Source: Candidatus Omnitrophota bacterium (GTDB lineage: Bacteria > Omnitrophota > Gorgyraeia > Gygaellales > JBFMHM01). Taken from it: a stretch of 64,000 nt of DNA. Numbering within the stretch: position 1 is the first letter of the stretch; every line of letters starts with the position of its first letter. The position numbers were made by a program, and so were the translations under genes. Of this stretch, positions 47,801 to 55,806 are shown piece by piece. The notes beneath the pieces are model-generated. The model was not told the DNA's origin and did no database searches. It was given only the letters and a program-made list of their open reading frames with translations. The stretch spans positions 14,730 to 78,729 of the forward strand of contig JBFMHM010000005.1 of the NCBI GenBank assembly GCA_040753015.1, given 5' to 3'.

Positions 47801-48132
47801 GCACGATTCAGGGCAGGTCTTAAGTTTACCCAAAATGTTTTATTGGGAAGAGCTAAACCTACGAAAAAATAATTTAAGAGATTTTTTGTTTCGGATTGAA
47901 TTTGTTTATTGCTAGGATTATTGATACTGCCTTTATCTAAAAACAGCTTAAAGTTGTTGGTATCTGGAAGATAAGAAAGATAGCGCAAATGAATTGGGCG
48001 GAATGGTTGCCCCGAAAAACCCGTAAAGGCTTCACCTACGGGCCCCGGGGTTAACGTGTTTTGAAAACCATAACATAAGTTGTTAAAACAAAAAATCCCT
48101 GCTAATAATAAAGTAAATATCTTTTTAATCAT
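41863..48132 (-). CDS. Giant (2089 aa) multi-domain protein of unknown family. It has an N-terminal signal peptide, a second signal-peptide/TM-like segment near residue 1235, an internally duplicated ~80-aa module, an HExxH motif and a degenerate GHKL-ATPase-like C-terminus
   Basis: Single uninterrupted ORF. N-terminal MIKKIFTLLLAGIFCFNNLCYG. Internal MPSATSVSTSRLFEIGRWRSFLIPLALFLGISIG. Module copies around TEEQLDAIIEAHEEGIRRGRSYVIGSDDNPA...LIRTGVCGEKD and SDTELDAIVKAHLVGKEKGHCYVIDPDGRPA...LIREGVCGEED. VVRHEFRHG. C-terminal IFSNTIKHG...DAGKGLGMDLLWQIIQMHGGGVNVVYDEAENSLVYTITLP. Confidence 0.5.
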   Translation of the reverse strand: MIKKIFTLLLAGIFCFNNLCYGFQNTLTPGPVGEAFTGFSGQPFRPIHLRYLSYLPDTNNFKLFLDKGSINNPSNKQIQSETKNLLNYFFVGLALPNKTFWVNLRPALNRANEVSSGLGPNEQNNVIDERLAQTDVGRILLEADVQLKQDTAKLTSPKTKEGKEYWNKLFIKAKELQQGATKIKIPTLLRPWIVPDEIIIAENKGSCYVYKATMKVMLEAEHRQLPQAPSLPKRGIKGEFDSNQNDKILNDYSAQLIKELIIPKLNKEINSSKRYAALRQVYYSLIIAQWFKERHKDKLKIDSGDLTNLTSKTPWSIDAYYRQYEKSFKEGEYNIKEVIPTAKAKIIRTYTSGGAVFNISQIPQVGERAVDPITGSSVTCLPAGDSLVPEGADYLKRVSVSGDQVVVHSKDEGSGQIARGYSAEEIIQIEADIRQDSETVKAAGQSVVGLVNKRAARIISREAELRRLLEARNIPAEQVKRVFACLRSPPEYFNWFNARAEFSNRYFLGSNCALAVNLIWYLFSQEGQAGLPKDLIDEYILHEALENIPDQYLDHYAAIGLTQQFFNRGKDWQVNPIAQPDEDKSNTVLGRVVRGFIETNAGMKNPSGFEQYLSTLSEWQAVRVMLSAKPIEANLIDLIKARFGSDKERKLNIAVIGCGPTLLEGRVIRDLLKEQYPNIHITCVDSELTELSDDRITGISRLLDDEFAEDHSVEYDVVFWLSPAVTNINSVTSNYKKIMKPDALGFIAPSLGGKSVDCGLLEITQGSYALSLYKQGWFYGREKPAEDLRDYDMGIRMYSRRAIISDLGVMLNREYSKLGGLRQSYSGDLTGLMVFSTVYSADLQTGDGVVAVAGRQSAATLTTVSTAERQGLREAANKALQELDPVKWKDGVTEEQLDAIIEAHEEGIRRGRSYVIGSDDNPARNPEKAKAFRRADLKAILTILMRDKRFTMEEGDKLIRTGVCGEKDIAVVERILSRSAYRRYIVTIGSVIDCELVKLEKRKIGVVFLEPFYQWRLLGLCITNENAVIINVSACREHAQNIKEIITNKDDFMSRRRFRNFSTNSSTLNWQIFQMFLREFGEKDIDEITDSIIRSTREHEIEHKRRELLGVSNSEGTSRYAEAEITPYYALVNIIIGMHGVFYDSDKVVNEGYGFFQEINKRLGGGFIFDSDDRVSDMRKEEQLAVWFEEKEPLERLTREEICSIAYNLRYGTTRYANMPSATSVSTSRLFEIGRWRSFLIPLALFLGISIGNKPVLAEEQRVSQRVEVALTSDITKPDGIESIRVAELEKLSLPIDHKYKFYQVSDEDIFHIEFATTGLQDDAFFRLSVFTESDTNAGNVLDDRRLKEAYDKGEEKKGIGYDFRIEDICKFYTQAKKKGIVLNDTELKIKDDLLRFGFMKYTNGKYVPSHSKTIAIISVAQDSPERGQVVRHEFRHGLYFTEPFIRDGVKTIWDKVDPDEQYKLIRIMNTVGGYNPNNIDLILNELYACLLGNEIHPRTDTMVHLHDYFQDLEGKMYTSRVIVGNEVINTLERLSLKLRAEEVLGRTVSDTELDAIVKAHLVGKEKGHCYVIDPDGRPAKHPNPDKAYTPEEIRQKAHILKAAGFSEEERERLIREGVCGEEDKPTTVTELIEYVKEKHLSGSLKEQYNQGLRRIIAYLQSGESYSQEQLDFERVFYGLRIVLGHGQMPIAHIMAVLRAEYDTLVLRVDYSKWDDRNPLIEKFNNYYDYFLAIKHAMLIDKNVVEYLAEYKAEIIKAIDGLVDTCDKIEAIIETERESHINDTRFIAEYEKMQTKSQQLRTSLSFLKKLFSDEVEKTKIPLGGLFDSVFNNLSSYHTGGRRVERKDVVYSDDLSSQNIYADLDLFSFATSRIFSNTIKHGSEKPEISLEESGSGYTLTVKCKKVAPSVELRRLTETNSHFNRQNMFLTKEQTGEITDYSDEDAGKGLGMDLLWQIIQMHGGGVNVVYDEAENSLVYTITLPKRDTTVANAPEEPGGIDGSTGSPLGGIDFTNLPIVTQAIDNLTSADVTNIIEVNLTDKQKTISSIAKILRQEEEQYIPTNLHLRDILIVLTANLSQIQLRQIFLRKN
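41909..41942. repeat. 34-bp direct repeat, copy 2, lying inside the last ~25 codons of the giant gene
   Basis: Identical to 41089-41122. Confidence 0.8.
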
Positions 48133-48198
48133 ATATAATAAGTATGCACTATGATAGGGGCAAATTCAAGGGTTTTGGGGCGAAAAATGTAAGCGCTT

Positions 48199-49011
48199 TC
48201 AGGATGTAGTTTTAACAAGCAATAGAATATTTTCTTTCGAGAATACTTCTAAATCTTTTTGTGTCTCAAGAAAATTTTCAATATCTTTTTTTACTTTATT
48301 CCAATCAGTATTTTCAATAGCCTTATATAAACAATCACGCCAGTTTTGCTCATTAGGAAATTCACCGCTATAACCAGTTTGCGTCAGAGAATTTTTAAGC
48401 AGAGCAAAATTAGGAGCTAGGCCTTTCCATTTAGACAAATACCAACCAATATCAAAAAAATCTCTACCCTTAGTATATTTTCTACTAAAAACAGCATGAA
48501 GCTTCCCGGCAAACAACGAAGAAAGGTCGTAAGATAAAAACATAATTGGGAAATATTTATTAATAATATCTTTCTTAGTAATTGCGCCTTTAGGAGGATT
48601 TGTATCTATATCAATCTTGATTGAGAATTTCTGGCTTTTAAGCGGAGAAATTCTTGCCTCATACAAGAGTTCCTCAAACTTTAGAAAAGCGCTATGGACT
48701 GTTTTTTGATCATTAAAGGAAACGGAAATTTTATACCCGGCTAGCACAAATTCCGATTTAATTTTCTCAATCAAATTAACAAAAGAATATTCTTTCTCTT
48801 TTTGTTCCAGAGAAAAATCTAGATCTTCTGAAAAACGCGGTAAATCATATAAAAACCGTAAAGCAGTCCCTCCTAAAAAAGCAGAATAACGAAAAAAACC
48901 TGCGTCATTTAGAATCTTTAAGGTATAGGCTTGAACATATTCCCGCATTGTATTCAGCTTCGCGCTTAGGCCTTCTTGTTTGGCAGCTAATTCTAAAGCA
49001 AATTCTTTCAT
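48199..49011 (-). CDS. AbiEii/AbiGii-family nucleotidyltransferase toxin (DUF1814)
   Basis: GGTALRFLYDLPRFSEDLDF signature. The gene overlaps the upstream AbiEi-like gene. Confidence 0.8.
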   Translation of the reverse strand: MKEFALELAAKQEGLSAKLNTMREYVQAYTLKILNDAGFFRYSAFLGGTALRFLYDLPRFSEDLDFSLEQKEKEYSFVNLIEKIKSEFVLAGYKISVSFNDQKTVHSAFLKFEELLYEARISPLKSQKFSIKIDIDTNPPKGAITKKDIINKYFPIMFLSYDLSSLFAGKLHAVFSRKYTKGRDFFDIGWYLSKWKGLAPNFALLKNSLTQTGYSGEFPNEQNWRDCLYKAIENTDWNKVKKDIENFLETQKDLEVFSKENILLLVKTTS

Positions 49012-49646
49012 AATAGTTTTTCTTTTTTAATTTCTAACTCGATATATTCTTTAATCATTTTTGCATCCCGTAAAATTCCCGGCTTATTAAATCTTTTTGC
49101 AAAAACAAATAGTTTTTCTAAATTAATTTTTTCAAGATTTTCTAATCTCAGTTCTTCAATGTAATCAAAAGAAACCTTAACTTCTCTTAGGTAAAAAAAA
49201 TCGAGCAAGGCTTTCTCGGGACAAGCAATGAAACCTGTTTGTTTATTTACTGTTACCGATTCATAGCCCCAAAATAAACTTTGTTTTATATGTCGGTAAT
49301 CAAAGATTCCTAACTTTGAAACAAACTTATAAGGCCGCTTTGTTGTAATACAGGTATAAATGCTAACAGCCTCAGGGATTAGATTATGGAATTCCAAAGC
49401 CTTTTCTAAACTAACATAAGAAGGACTTTTAACAATTGAAGCAAGATATGGTTCATAAATATCCAACTTTCTGTATGGCTTTGCTAAAATATAAATCCCT
49501 CTTCTAATTTGTATGAGTTTTCCTGATTTTCTCCAGCGATCAAGCTGCACCTTAACCGAACTAGGATTAACTACTCCAACAAGCAGCATTTCGCTATCGA
49601 TTACGGGTAAATTATCTGTGAGCTTAACAAATTCTTCCCATTTCAT
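49008..49646 (-). CDS. AbiEi-like antitoxin/transcriptional regulator (type IV TA, COG5340-like)
   Basis: 212 aa. Position immediately upstream of and overlapping the AbiEii gene. N-terminal wHTH-like segment. Confidence 0.6.
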   Translation of the reverse strand: MKWEEFVKLTDNLPVIDSEMLLVGVVNPSSVKVQLDRWRKSGKLIQIRRGIYILAKPYRKLDIYEPYLASIVKSPSYVSLEKALEFHNLIPEAVSIYTCITTKRPYKFVSKLGIFDYRHIKQSLFWGYESVTVNKQTGFIACPEKALLDFFYLREVKVSFDYIEELRLENLEKINLEKLFVFAKRFNKPGILRDAKMIKEYIELEIKKEKLL

Positions 49647-49697
49647 GGCAATATGTTAACATATTTGTTAACTTAATGCAATAAAAATTATTTAATT

Positions 49698-50987
49698 TTA
49701 TGGCCAGAATTTTTCAATCATCGATTTTTTGATGCCGGTTTCTTCGGGTAAGAAACATTTAGATAGAATTTGCCATCCCAGGTCGAGCGCTTTCTCTAAA
49801 GGAATGTTTACTTTTAAAGACATCATTTTATCCTCAAAAAGTTTTCCATAAGCAAGAAGCTTTTTGTCCCACTCACTCATTTGAAAACCCATTGCCTGTT
49901 TTTCCAGTGTTTGACGGTAACTGGCAAACAACTGAATCATTGTGTCCATTATAGTTCGGTGATCTTCGCGAGTTTTACCATTGACCTGTTGTTTTAAACG
50001 CGACAACGACCCAAATGGTTCGATTACAGAATTTTTAAGATAAAATTGTCCTTCAGTAATATAACCCGTATTATCGGGAACTGGATGCGTAATATCGTCA
50101 CCCGGCATCGTGGTTACAGCAAGAATTGTAATTGAACCAGCCCCTTCAAAATCAACCGCCTTTTCATAACGAAAAGCCATCTGGCTATAAAGATCACCAG
50201 GATAGCCTCTATTGGAAGGAATTTGCTCCATTGTAATTGAAACTTCTTTTAGCCCGTCGCAAAAATTTGTCATATCAGTTAATAGTACTAAAACTCTTTT
50301 CCCAGAGAGAGCAAACTGTTCAGCAACGGCTAAACTAATATCTGGCACAAGCAAGCATTCAACAATTGGGTCGCTAGCTGTATGGATAAAAAATATCGAA
50401 CGTGGAAGCGCTCCATATTCTTCTAGTGTATCTCGAAAGAAAAGATAATCATCGTGCTTTAAGCCCATTCCACCAAGGATAATAATATCTACCTCTGCTT
50501 GAATAGCAATCCTCGCTAAAAGCTCATTATATGGCTCACCAGCAATAGAAAATATAGGTAATTTTTGTGATTCTACGAAGGAATTAAAAACATCAATCAT
50601 AGGTATACCTGTACGAATCATTTTATTAGGAATAATCCTTTTAACTGGGTTAACAGATGGCCCGCCAATATCAACTAGATTTTCTTCAAGTTCTGGGCCT
50701 TTATCTATAGCGTTGCCTGCGCCGTTGAAAATCCTGCCTAAAAGATTATTTCCTGTAGATATTCTCATAGGGTGCCCTAAAAATTTTACTTTATCTCCAG
50801 TTGAAACACCGCGGGAACCGCTAAAAATTTGTAACGATACTCTTTTTTCTTCAATTCTAATCACTTGCGCCAAAGAAATCCCTTGCTTTGTATAAACTTG
50901 GGCAATTTCTGAATATCCTATTTGCTCTGCTTCAACCGTTATAACATCTCCGGCAATTTGAATAATATTTGTATAAATTTTATGCAC
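49698..50987 (-). CDS. ntpB: V-type ATPase subunit B (non-catalytic)
   Basis: 429 aa with the A/B-fold pattern and no canonical P-loop. Conserved [14 protein letters not shown]-type region. Confidence 0.85.
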   Translation of the reverse strand: MHKIYTNIIQIAGDVITVEAEQIGYSEIAQVYTKQGISLAQVIRIEEKRVSLQIFSGSRGVSTGDKVKFLGHPMRISTGNNLLGRIFNGAGNAIDKGPELEENLVDIGGPSVNPVKRIIPNKMIRTGIPMIDVFNSFVESQKLPIFSIAGEPYNELLARIAIQAEVDIIILGGMGLKHDDYLFFRDTLEEYGALPRSIFFIHTASDPIVECLLVPDISLAVAEQFALSGKRVLVLLTDMTNFCDGLKEVSITMEQIPSNRGYPGDLYSQMAFRYEKAVDFEGAGSITILAVTTMPGDDITHPVPDNTGYITEGQFYLKNSVIEPFGSLSRLKQQVNGKTREDHRTIMDTMIQLFASYRQTLEKQAMGFQMSEWDKKLLAYGKLFEDKMMSLKVNIPLEKALDLGWQILSKCFLPEETGIKKSMIEKFWP

Positions 50988-52734
50988 CAGCTTTTTCTCC
51001 CTGTAAAATTTGCTTTTGCTTTACTAATAATAATATCTCTGTTTCAATTTTTTTAAATTCTTGGCCTTCAAAGATAGCAGAATTTAATCCTCGAAATAAC
51101 TGCCTAAGCTGTTGAAAAAAATGTAAAGCGCTTTGTTTATCGCTAAAATTAAACTTGTTTTCTAAAATATTGTTATATATAAAATCAAAAGCATATTTTT
51201 GCCGTGTTTGGTCAGTTGCTTCGTCTACTTTATCAAATGCATTTTGCTGCAAATAAACAAAATCAAAAAATTCTCCTTTTAAATAATCAATATAATCAGT
51301 CAAAGATGTACCTTCTTCGCCAATAACTTTCATCATCTCAAGTATATTGAAACTTCTTTTTAAAAGCTCGCGCCCTGCTTCCACTTTTTCTTTGTCGATA
51401 AAACTATTATATTTTGACCAGCTAATTAGCGGGTCAATCGCAGGGTATCGCCTGGCATCCGATCGTTCACGAGATAACCCATGAAATGCCCCCACTACCT
51501 TTAATGTTGCTTGTGTAACTGGTTCTTCAAAATTGCCTCCTGCAGGGCTGACTGCTCCGCCAATTGTTATAGAACCAGTAGTGCCATCGTATAATCTTAC
51601 CAGGCCTGCGCGTTCATAAAAAGAGGCAATTCGTGATTCTAGATATGCTGGAAACGCTTCTTCACCGGGAATTTCTTCCAGCCGCCCCGACATTTCCCTC
51701 ATTGCCTGTGCCCAACGGCTGGTTGAATCTGCTAAAAGCAAAACATTTAAACCCATCTGCCGATAATATTCAGCAATCGTTACTGCCGTATACACGCTAC
51801 TTTCCCGTGCTGCAACCGGCATTGAGCTGGTATTACAAATTATAATTGTCCGGTCAATTAAGGGACGATTTGTTTTTGGGTCAATTAACTCTGGAAAAGT
51901 TTTTAGAGTCTCTACGACTTCGCCTGCGCGCTCGCCACAAGCAGCAATTACCACAACATCCGCCTCCGCATGCCTAGAGGTTAATTGTTGCAAAACAGTT
52001 TTCCCTGCACCAAACGGTCCAGGCACACAATAAGTTCCGCCTAAAGCAACCGGAAAAAGTGAATCAATTAAGCGCATTTTTGTAACTAATGGTTTTGTTG
52101 GCCTTAACTTCTCTTGATAACAAGAAATTGGGATTTTTACCGGCCATCTTTGGACAAGAAAAATATCATGAATTTTCCCCTCTTCATCACGAAGCTCGGC
52201 AAGAACATGCGTTGAATTATAACTTCCTGAGTTTACAATTTTAGTAACTTCTAAAATACCTTTTAAACTAAACGGTGCCAAAATATAATGCTTAAATATT
52301 TTTTCCGGAACAAAACCAATCTTTTCTCCTGGCCGTACCCTATCTCCAACTTTGACTTGTGGCGTAAATTCCCATTTCGCCTGGGAATCTAATGCATTAA
52401 AATATAACCCGCGTTTTAGAAAAAATCCACATTCTTTTGCAATTAAGGGCAAAGGGTTTTGCAGACCATCAAATATTTGCCCCAAGAGCCCTGGGCCAAG
52501 CTCAACAGAAAGAAGCTCTTTGGAAAATTCAACTTCATCGCCAACCTTCAAATTAACTGTACTCTCGAAAACTTGCATCTGCGCTAAATTTCCCCGTATA
52601 CGAATAACTTCTGCCTTTAAACGTTCTTTACCGTGAATAATATAAGCAACTTCGTTTTGAATAACAAAACTATCAAAACTAACAGTAACCATATTACTAT
52701 TAATTCTCAATATTCGGCCAATTCGCTTTTCCAT
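50980..52734 (-). CDS. ntpA: V-type ATPase catalytic subunit A
   Basis: 584 aa. P-loop GPFGAGKTV. The non-homologous insert region is typical of A subunits. Confidence 0.9.
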   Translation of the reverse strand: MEKRIGRILRINSNMVTVSFDSFVIQNEVAYIIHGKERLKAEVIRIRGNLAQMQVFESTVNLKVGDEVEFSKELLSVELGPGLLGQIFDGLQNPLPLIAKECGFFLKRGLYFNALDSQAKWEFTPQVKVGDRVRPGEKIGFVPEKIFKHYILAPFSLKGILEVTKIVNSGSYNSTHVLAELRDEEGKIHDIFLVQRWPVKIPISCYQEKLRPTKPLVTKMRLIDSLFPVALGGTYCVPGPFGAGKTVLQQLTSRHAEADVVVIAACGERAGEVVETLKTFPELIDPKTNRPLIDRTIIICNTSSMPVAARESSVYTAVTIAEYYRQMGLNVLLLADSTSRWAQAMREMSGRLEEIPGEEAFPAYLESRIASFYERAGLVRLYDGTTGSITIGGAVSPAGGNFEEPVTQATLKVVGAFHGLSRERSDARRYPAIDPLISWSKYNSFIDKEKVEAGRELLKRSFNILEMMKVIGEEGTSLTDYIDYLKGEFFDFVYLQQNAFDKVDEATDQTRQKYAFDFIYNNILENKFNFSDKQSALHFFQQLRQLFRGLNSAIFEGQEFKKIETEILLLVKQKQILQGEKAGA

Positions 52735-53252
52735 AATACCTCTTCTAATATTTTTTCTTTATCTGCTTTAAAAACATTATCCCAACGTTCTAAAATATTT
52801 AATTTATAGGCATAAATTATCAAGTAATCTAAATCAAAATAATGCCCAAAGCTTAATTCATCTAAATAACTCCAGCGCGCTTCATCTAATATTTTTTCTG
52901 CATCTAATACATGAGGGTTCCTCTGTGCGCTAAGGGCAATATGAACAATTGCTGGCCCAGCATATACATCGGGGCGCAAATATTGCAGAGCATCAATCTT
53001 AATCCGCGCCGCACGCAATTTGACTAATTCATTCCTTAAAACTGTTTCGAAATCTAAAATTTTTTTTATTATTCCTTGTGTGCTATATTCATTTAAATTA
53101 TCTACCTTTGGTAAATTTTTTAAAATATCTAGATCTTTTGGGCTTAAGACATTCTCTGCCTTAGCGATAAATTCATCAAAGGTAAAAGGTAATTTTGCTT
53201 GAAATAATAAAGTTGGCAGACTCGAAATAAAATAAACATAATTTGCATTCAT
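52707..53252 (-). CDS. DUF2764-family protein that stands in for subunit C in Bacteroidota/Chlamydia-type V-ATPase operons
   Basis: N-terminal YVYFISSLPTLLF motif. Conserved operon position between subunits E and A. Confidence 0.55.
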   Translation of the reverse strand: MNANYVYFISSLPTLLFQAKLPFTFDEFIAKAENVLSPKDLDILKNLPKVDNLNEYSTQGIIKKILDFETVLRNELVKLRAARIKIDALQYLRPDVYAGPAIVHIALSAQRNPHVLDAEKILDEARWSYLDELSFGHYFDLDYLIIYAYKLNILERWDNVFKADKEKILEEVLWKSELAEY

Positions 53253-53253
53253 C

Positions 53254-53862
53254 TTATTTAACAGTTTCCTTTAATATTTCGTTTAACTTTGGCTTTAAGT
53301 ATGTTCCAATATATTCTGCAATAGCCTTATCACTAAAATCATAATGTGATTTATTCGCATCAAAGCTTATTAAAAAACCGCCCTTTATATCGCTAGAAGT
53401 TTTTAGAATAATTTGTTTTTTTGTTTCTTCTTTTAATTTAGAAAGAAGCACCCTTTCCAAAATATGCAAATCTTCTTTACTTAAATCAATAACAACATCT
53501 TTATCTTCTTTGCCCTTATATTCTTTTATTAAACCAGAAATAATTTTAACCATTGTTTCTGTTGAAAGCGCTTTATGTACTTCGTGGATAGTAATTTTAT
53601 CAAGCATACTGTTAATTTCTTTTCTTAAACTAATTAGCATATCCCGCGCTGCCTGATTGATTAATTCTTTTTCTTTTTGAGACATTTTTTCAATTCTATC
53701 TTTAGCCTCATTAAGTAAATTTTGGCTTTTTATCTTCGCATCACTTATAATTTCCTCGGCTTTTCTCAAAGCGTTATTCTCGATATCTTTTGCTTTTTTT
53801 TCTGCCGCTAAAACACCTTCTTGATTAATTTTTTCAATTAAATCATCAATATTTTGTGTCAT
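53254..53862 (-). CDS. ntpE: V-type ATPase subunit E
   Basis: 202 aa. Charged coiled-coil N-terminus and globular C-terminus. First gene of the V-ATPase block. Confidence 0.65.
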   Translation of the reverse strand: MTQNIDDLIEKINQEGVLAAEKKAKDIENNALRKAEEIISDAKIKSQNLLNEAKDRIEKMSQKEKELINQAARDMLISLRKEINSMLDKITIHEVHKALSTETMVKIISGLIKEYKGKEDKDVVIDLSKEDLHILERVLLSKLKEETKKQIILKTSSDIKGGFLISFDANKSHYDFSDKAIAEYIGTYLKPKLNEILKETVK

Positions 53863-53869
53863 AACTTCC

Positions 53870-54532
53870 TCACTTTATTTCATCTAAAATTTTTTGTGCT
53901 GCTAACGATGGATTTTTTGCCTCTAATATTGGCCGCCCAACTACAATAAAATCACTGCCAGCATTAACAGCATCTTTGGGCGTGGCAACTCGTTTTTGAT
54001 CATTTGTCTTTGTGTCTTTCGGGCGAATTCCCGGATTAACCACGATAAAATTTTTGCCAAGTTTATTTTTTAAAACTTGTGTTTCTTTGACAGAACAAAC
54101 CACGCCATCAAGGCCAACTGTTTTTGCCTGTTTTGCTAAACTTAAAACTTTTGTCTTTGCTGCTTTTTGGCTAGTTAAAACTGTAACACCGATTAAAAGC
54201 GGCCGATAGGTTAAAGGCAAAGGCTTTATTGCCTTAATTGCTGCTAATAACATATCTTGCCCACCTGCAATATGCAAAGTAAGCATTTTTACTTTTAATG
54301 CACAAGCGGCCTCCACTGCATTTGCTACGGTATTTGGAATATCAAACAATTTTAAATCTAAAAAAACCTTTGCTTCTTTTCTATTAATATAATCGATTAT
54401 TTTGGGCCCGGCAATTGTAAAAAGCTGCAAACCAACTTTAAAAATTTTTACATTAGGGCAAAGCTGATTTACAATTTTTTTTGCCTTATCAAAACTATCT
54501 ACATCAAGAGCAACAATTAATTCTGGTTTCAA
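53870..54532 (-). CDS. pyrF: Orotidine 5'-phosphate decarboxylase
   Basis: LIVALDV...KVG, DLKLFDIPNTV and catalytic Lys motifs. Confidence 0.8.
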   Translation of the reverse strand: MKPELIVALDVDSFDKAKKIVNQLCPNVKIFKVGLQLFTIAGPKIIDYINRKEAKVFLDLKLFDIPNTVANAVEAACALKVKMLTLHIAGGQDMLLAAIKAIKPLPLTYRPLLIGVTVLTSQKAAKTKVLSLAKQAKTVGLDGVVCSVKETQVLKNKLGKNFIVVNPGIRPKDTKTNDQKRVATPKDAVNAGSDFIVVGRPILEAKNPSLAAQKILDEIK

Positions 54533-55446
54533 ATTTTTAAGCTCCCGACTAAATTATTTATGTCGTTAATTTTTTTATTTCTTAGGTAATTTTTAATCTC
54601 ATCGATGATTTCGCCGGTTATGTTAGGATTTACAAAGTTTGCCGTTCCAACTTGTATTGCCTGAGCACCTGCAATAATAAACTCTAGGGCATCTGAATAA
54701 TTCATTATACCACCAACCCCGATCACAGGAATCTTGATTTTTTGGCTAACTTGCCAAACCATCCGAAGGGCAATAGGTTTTATTGCCGGGCCGCTTAGCC
54801 CACCAGTAATATTTCCTAATAATGGTTTTTGTGTTTCAATATTTACGCCCATTGCCAAAAAAGTATTTATAAGGCTTACACTATCTGCACCTGCATCTTG
54901 AGCAGCAATTGCAATTTGAGTAACATCTGTTACATTGGGAGTTAATTTTGCGATTAATGTCTTTTTATAAACATTACGCACGCCAAAAACACAATCATAG
55001 GTTAGACTTTCATCTTGCGAGATAAGTGTTTGTTTCTCTTTAATATTTGGACAGGATAAATTTAATTCTACTGCGGATATTTCTTCTACATCATTAATAA
55101 TCTCTGCTAACTTTACATAATCCTCCAAATTATTTCCAGCAATACTAACAATTATAGGAACACCTAGTGTCTTTAAAAATGGCAGCTTATCTTTTAAAAA
55201 ACAATCTATCCCGTCGTTTTGCAAGCCAATAGAATTAATTATGCCGGAAGAAGTTTCAACCAGCCTTTGCTGTAAATTGCCTGTGCGAGGCTTTATTGTA
55301 ATTGTCTTTGTAATAATTGCACCGAGTTTTTTTAGATTGGTTAATCCTTTAAATTCCTTGGCATAACCAAATGTGCCAGAAGCAACCATAATCGGATTTT
55401 CTAATCTAAGCTGTCCAATTTTTACAGAAAGGCTTGTTTTTTGCAT
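54529..55446 (-). CDS. pyrD: Dihydroorotate dehydrogenase catalytic subunit (class 1B-like)
   Basis: NPIMVASGTFGY, NLSCPN and GVGGI motifs. Confidence 0.85.
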   Translation of the reverse strand: MQKTSLSVKIGQLRLENPIMVASGTFGYAKEFKGLTNLKKLGAIITKTITIKPRTGNLQQRLVETSSGIINSIGLQNDGIDCFLKDKLPFLKTLGVPIIVSIAGNNLEDYVKLAEIINDVEEISAVELNLSCPNIKEKQTLISQDESLTYDCVFGVRNVYKKTLIAKLTPNVTDVTQIAIAAQDAGADSVSLINTFLAMGVNIETQKPLLGNITGGLSGPAIKPIALRMVWQVSQKIKIPVIGVGGIMNYSDALEFIIAGAQAIQVGTANFVNPNITGEIIDEIKNYLRNKKINDINNLVGSLKI

Positions 55447-55805
55447 TATTTTCCTAGTATCATTTTAACTGCAACAAACAACAAAAATACACCAAACATT
55501 TTTTTAAGTATGGGCTCCGGCACTTTTTGAATAAGATGAGCTCCTATCAAGCCCCCGATAAAAAATCCAACACATACAAAACCAGCAATATTTAATTTTA
55601 TATTGCCTGCATAATAATAACGTAATGCTGCTAAAAGGCCTATTGGCGGCACCATAATTGCCAGAGTTGTCCCTTGTGCTTGATGTTGAGTAAGGCCTAA
55701 AAAATAAACAAGCGCGGGAATTAAGATTGTCCCGCCACCAATACCAAACATCCCGCCAAAAATCCCAGCAATTAATCCTAAAACTATATAAATTACCCAA
55801 TTCAT
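55446..55805 (-). CDS. Small TauE/SafE (DUF81)-like membrane protein, half-size at 119 aa
   Basis: GIGGGTILIPALVYFLG motif and four predicted helices. Confidence 0.45.
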   Translation of the reverse strand: MNWVIYIVLGLIAGIFGGMFGIGGGTILIPALVYFLGLTQHQAQGTTLAIMVPPIGLLAALRYYYAGNIKLNIAGFVCVGFFIGGLIGAHLIQKVPEPILKKMFGVFLLFVAVKMILGK

Positions 55806-55806
55806 T

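Noticed and set aside
55504-55800. 98-aa minus-strand ORF
   Set aside because: It is an alternative frame overlapping the TauE-like membrane protein gene. It has a Trp/Arg/Cys-rich composition and is not credible.
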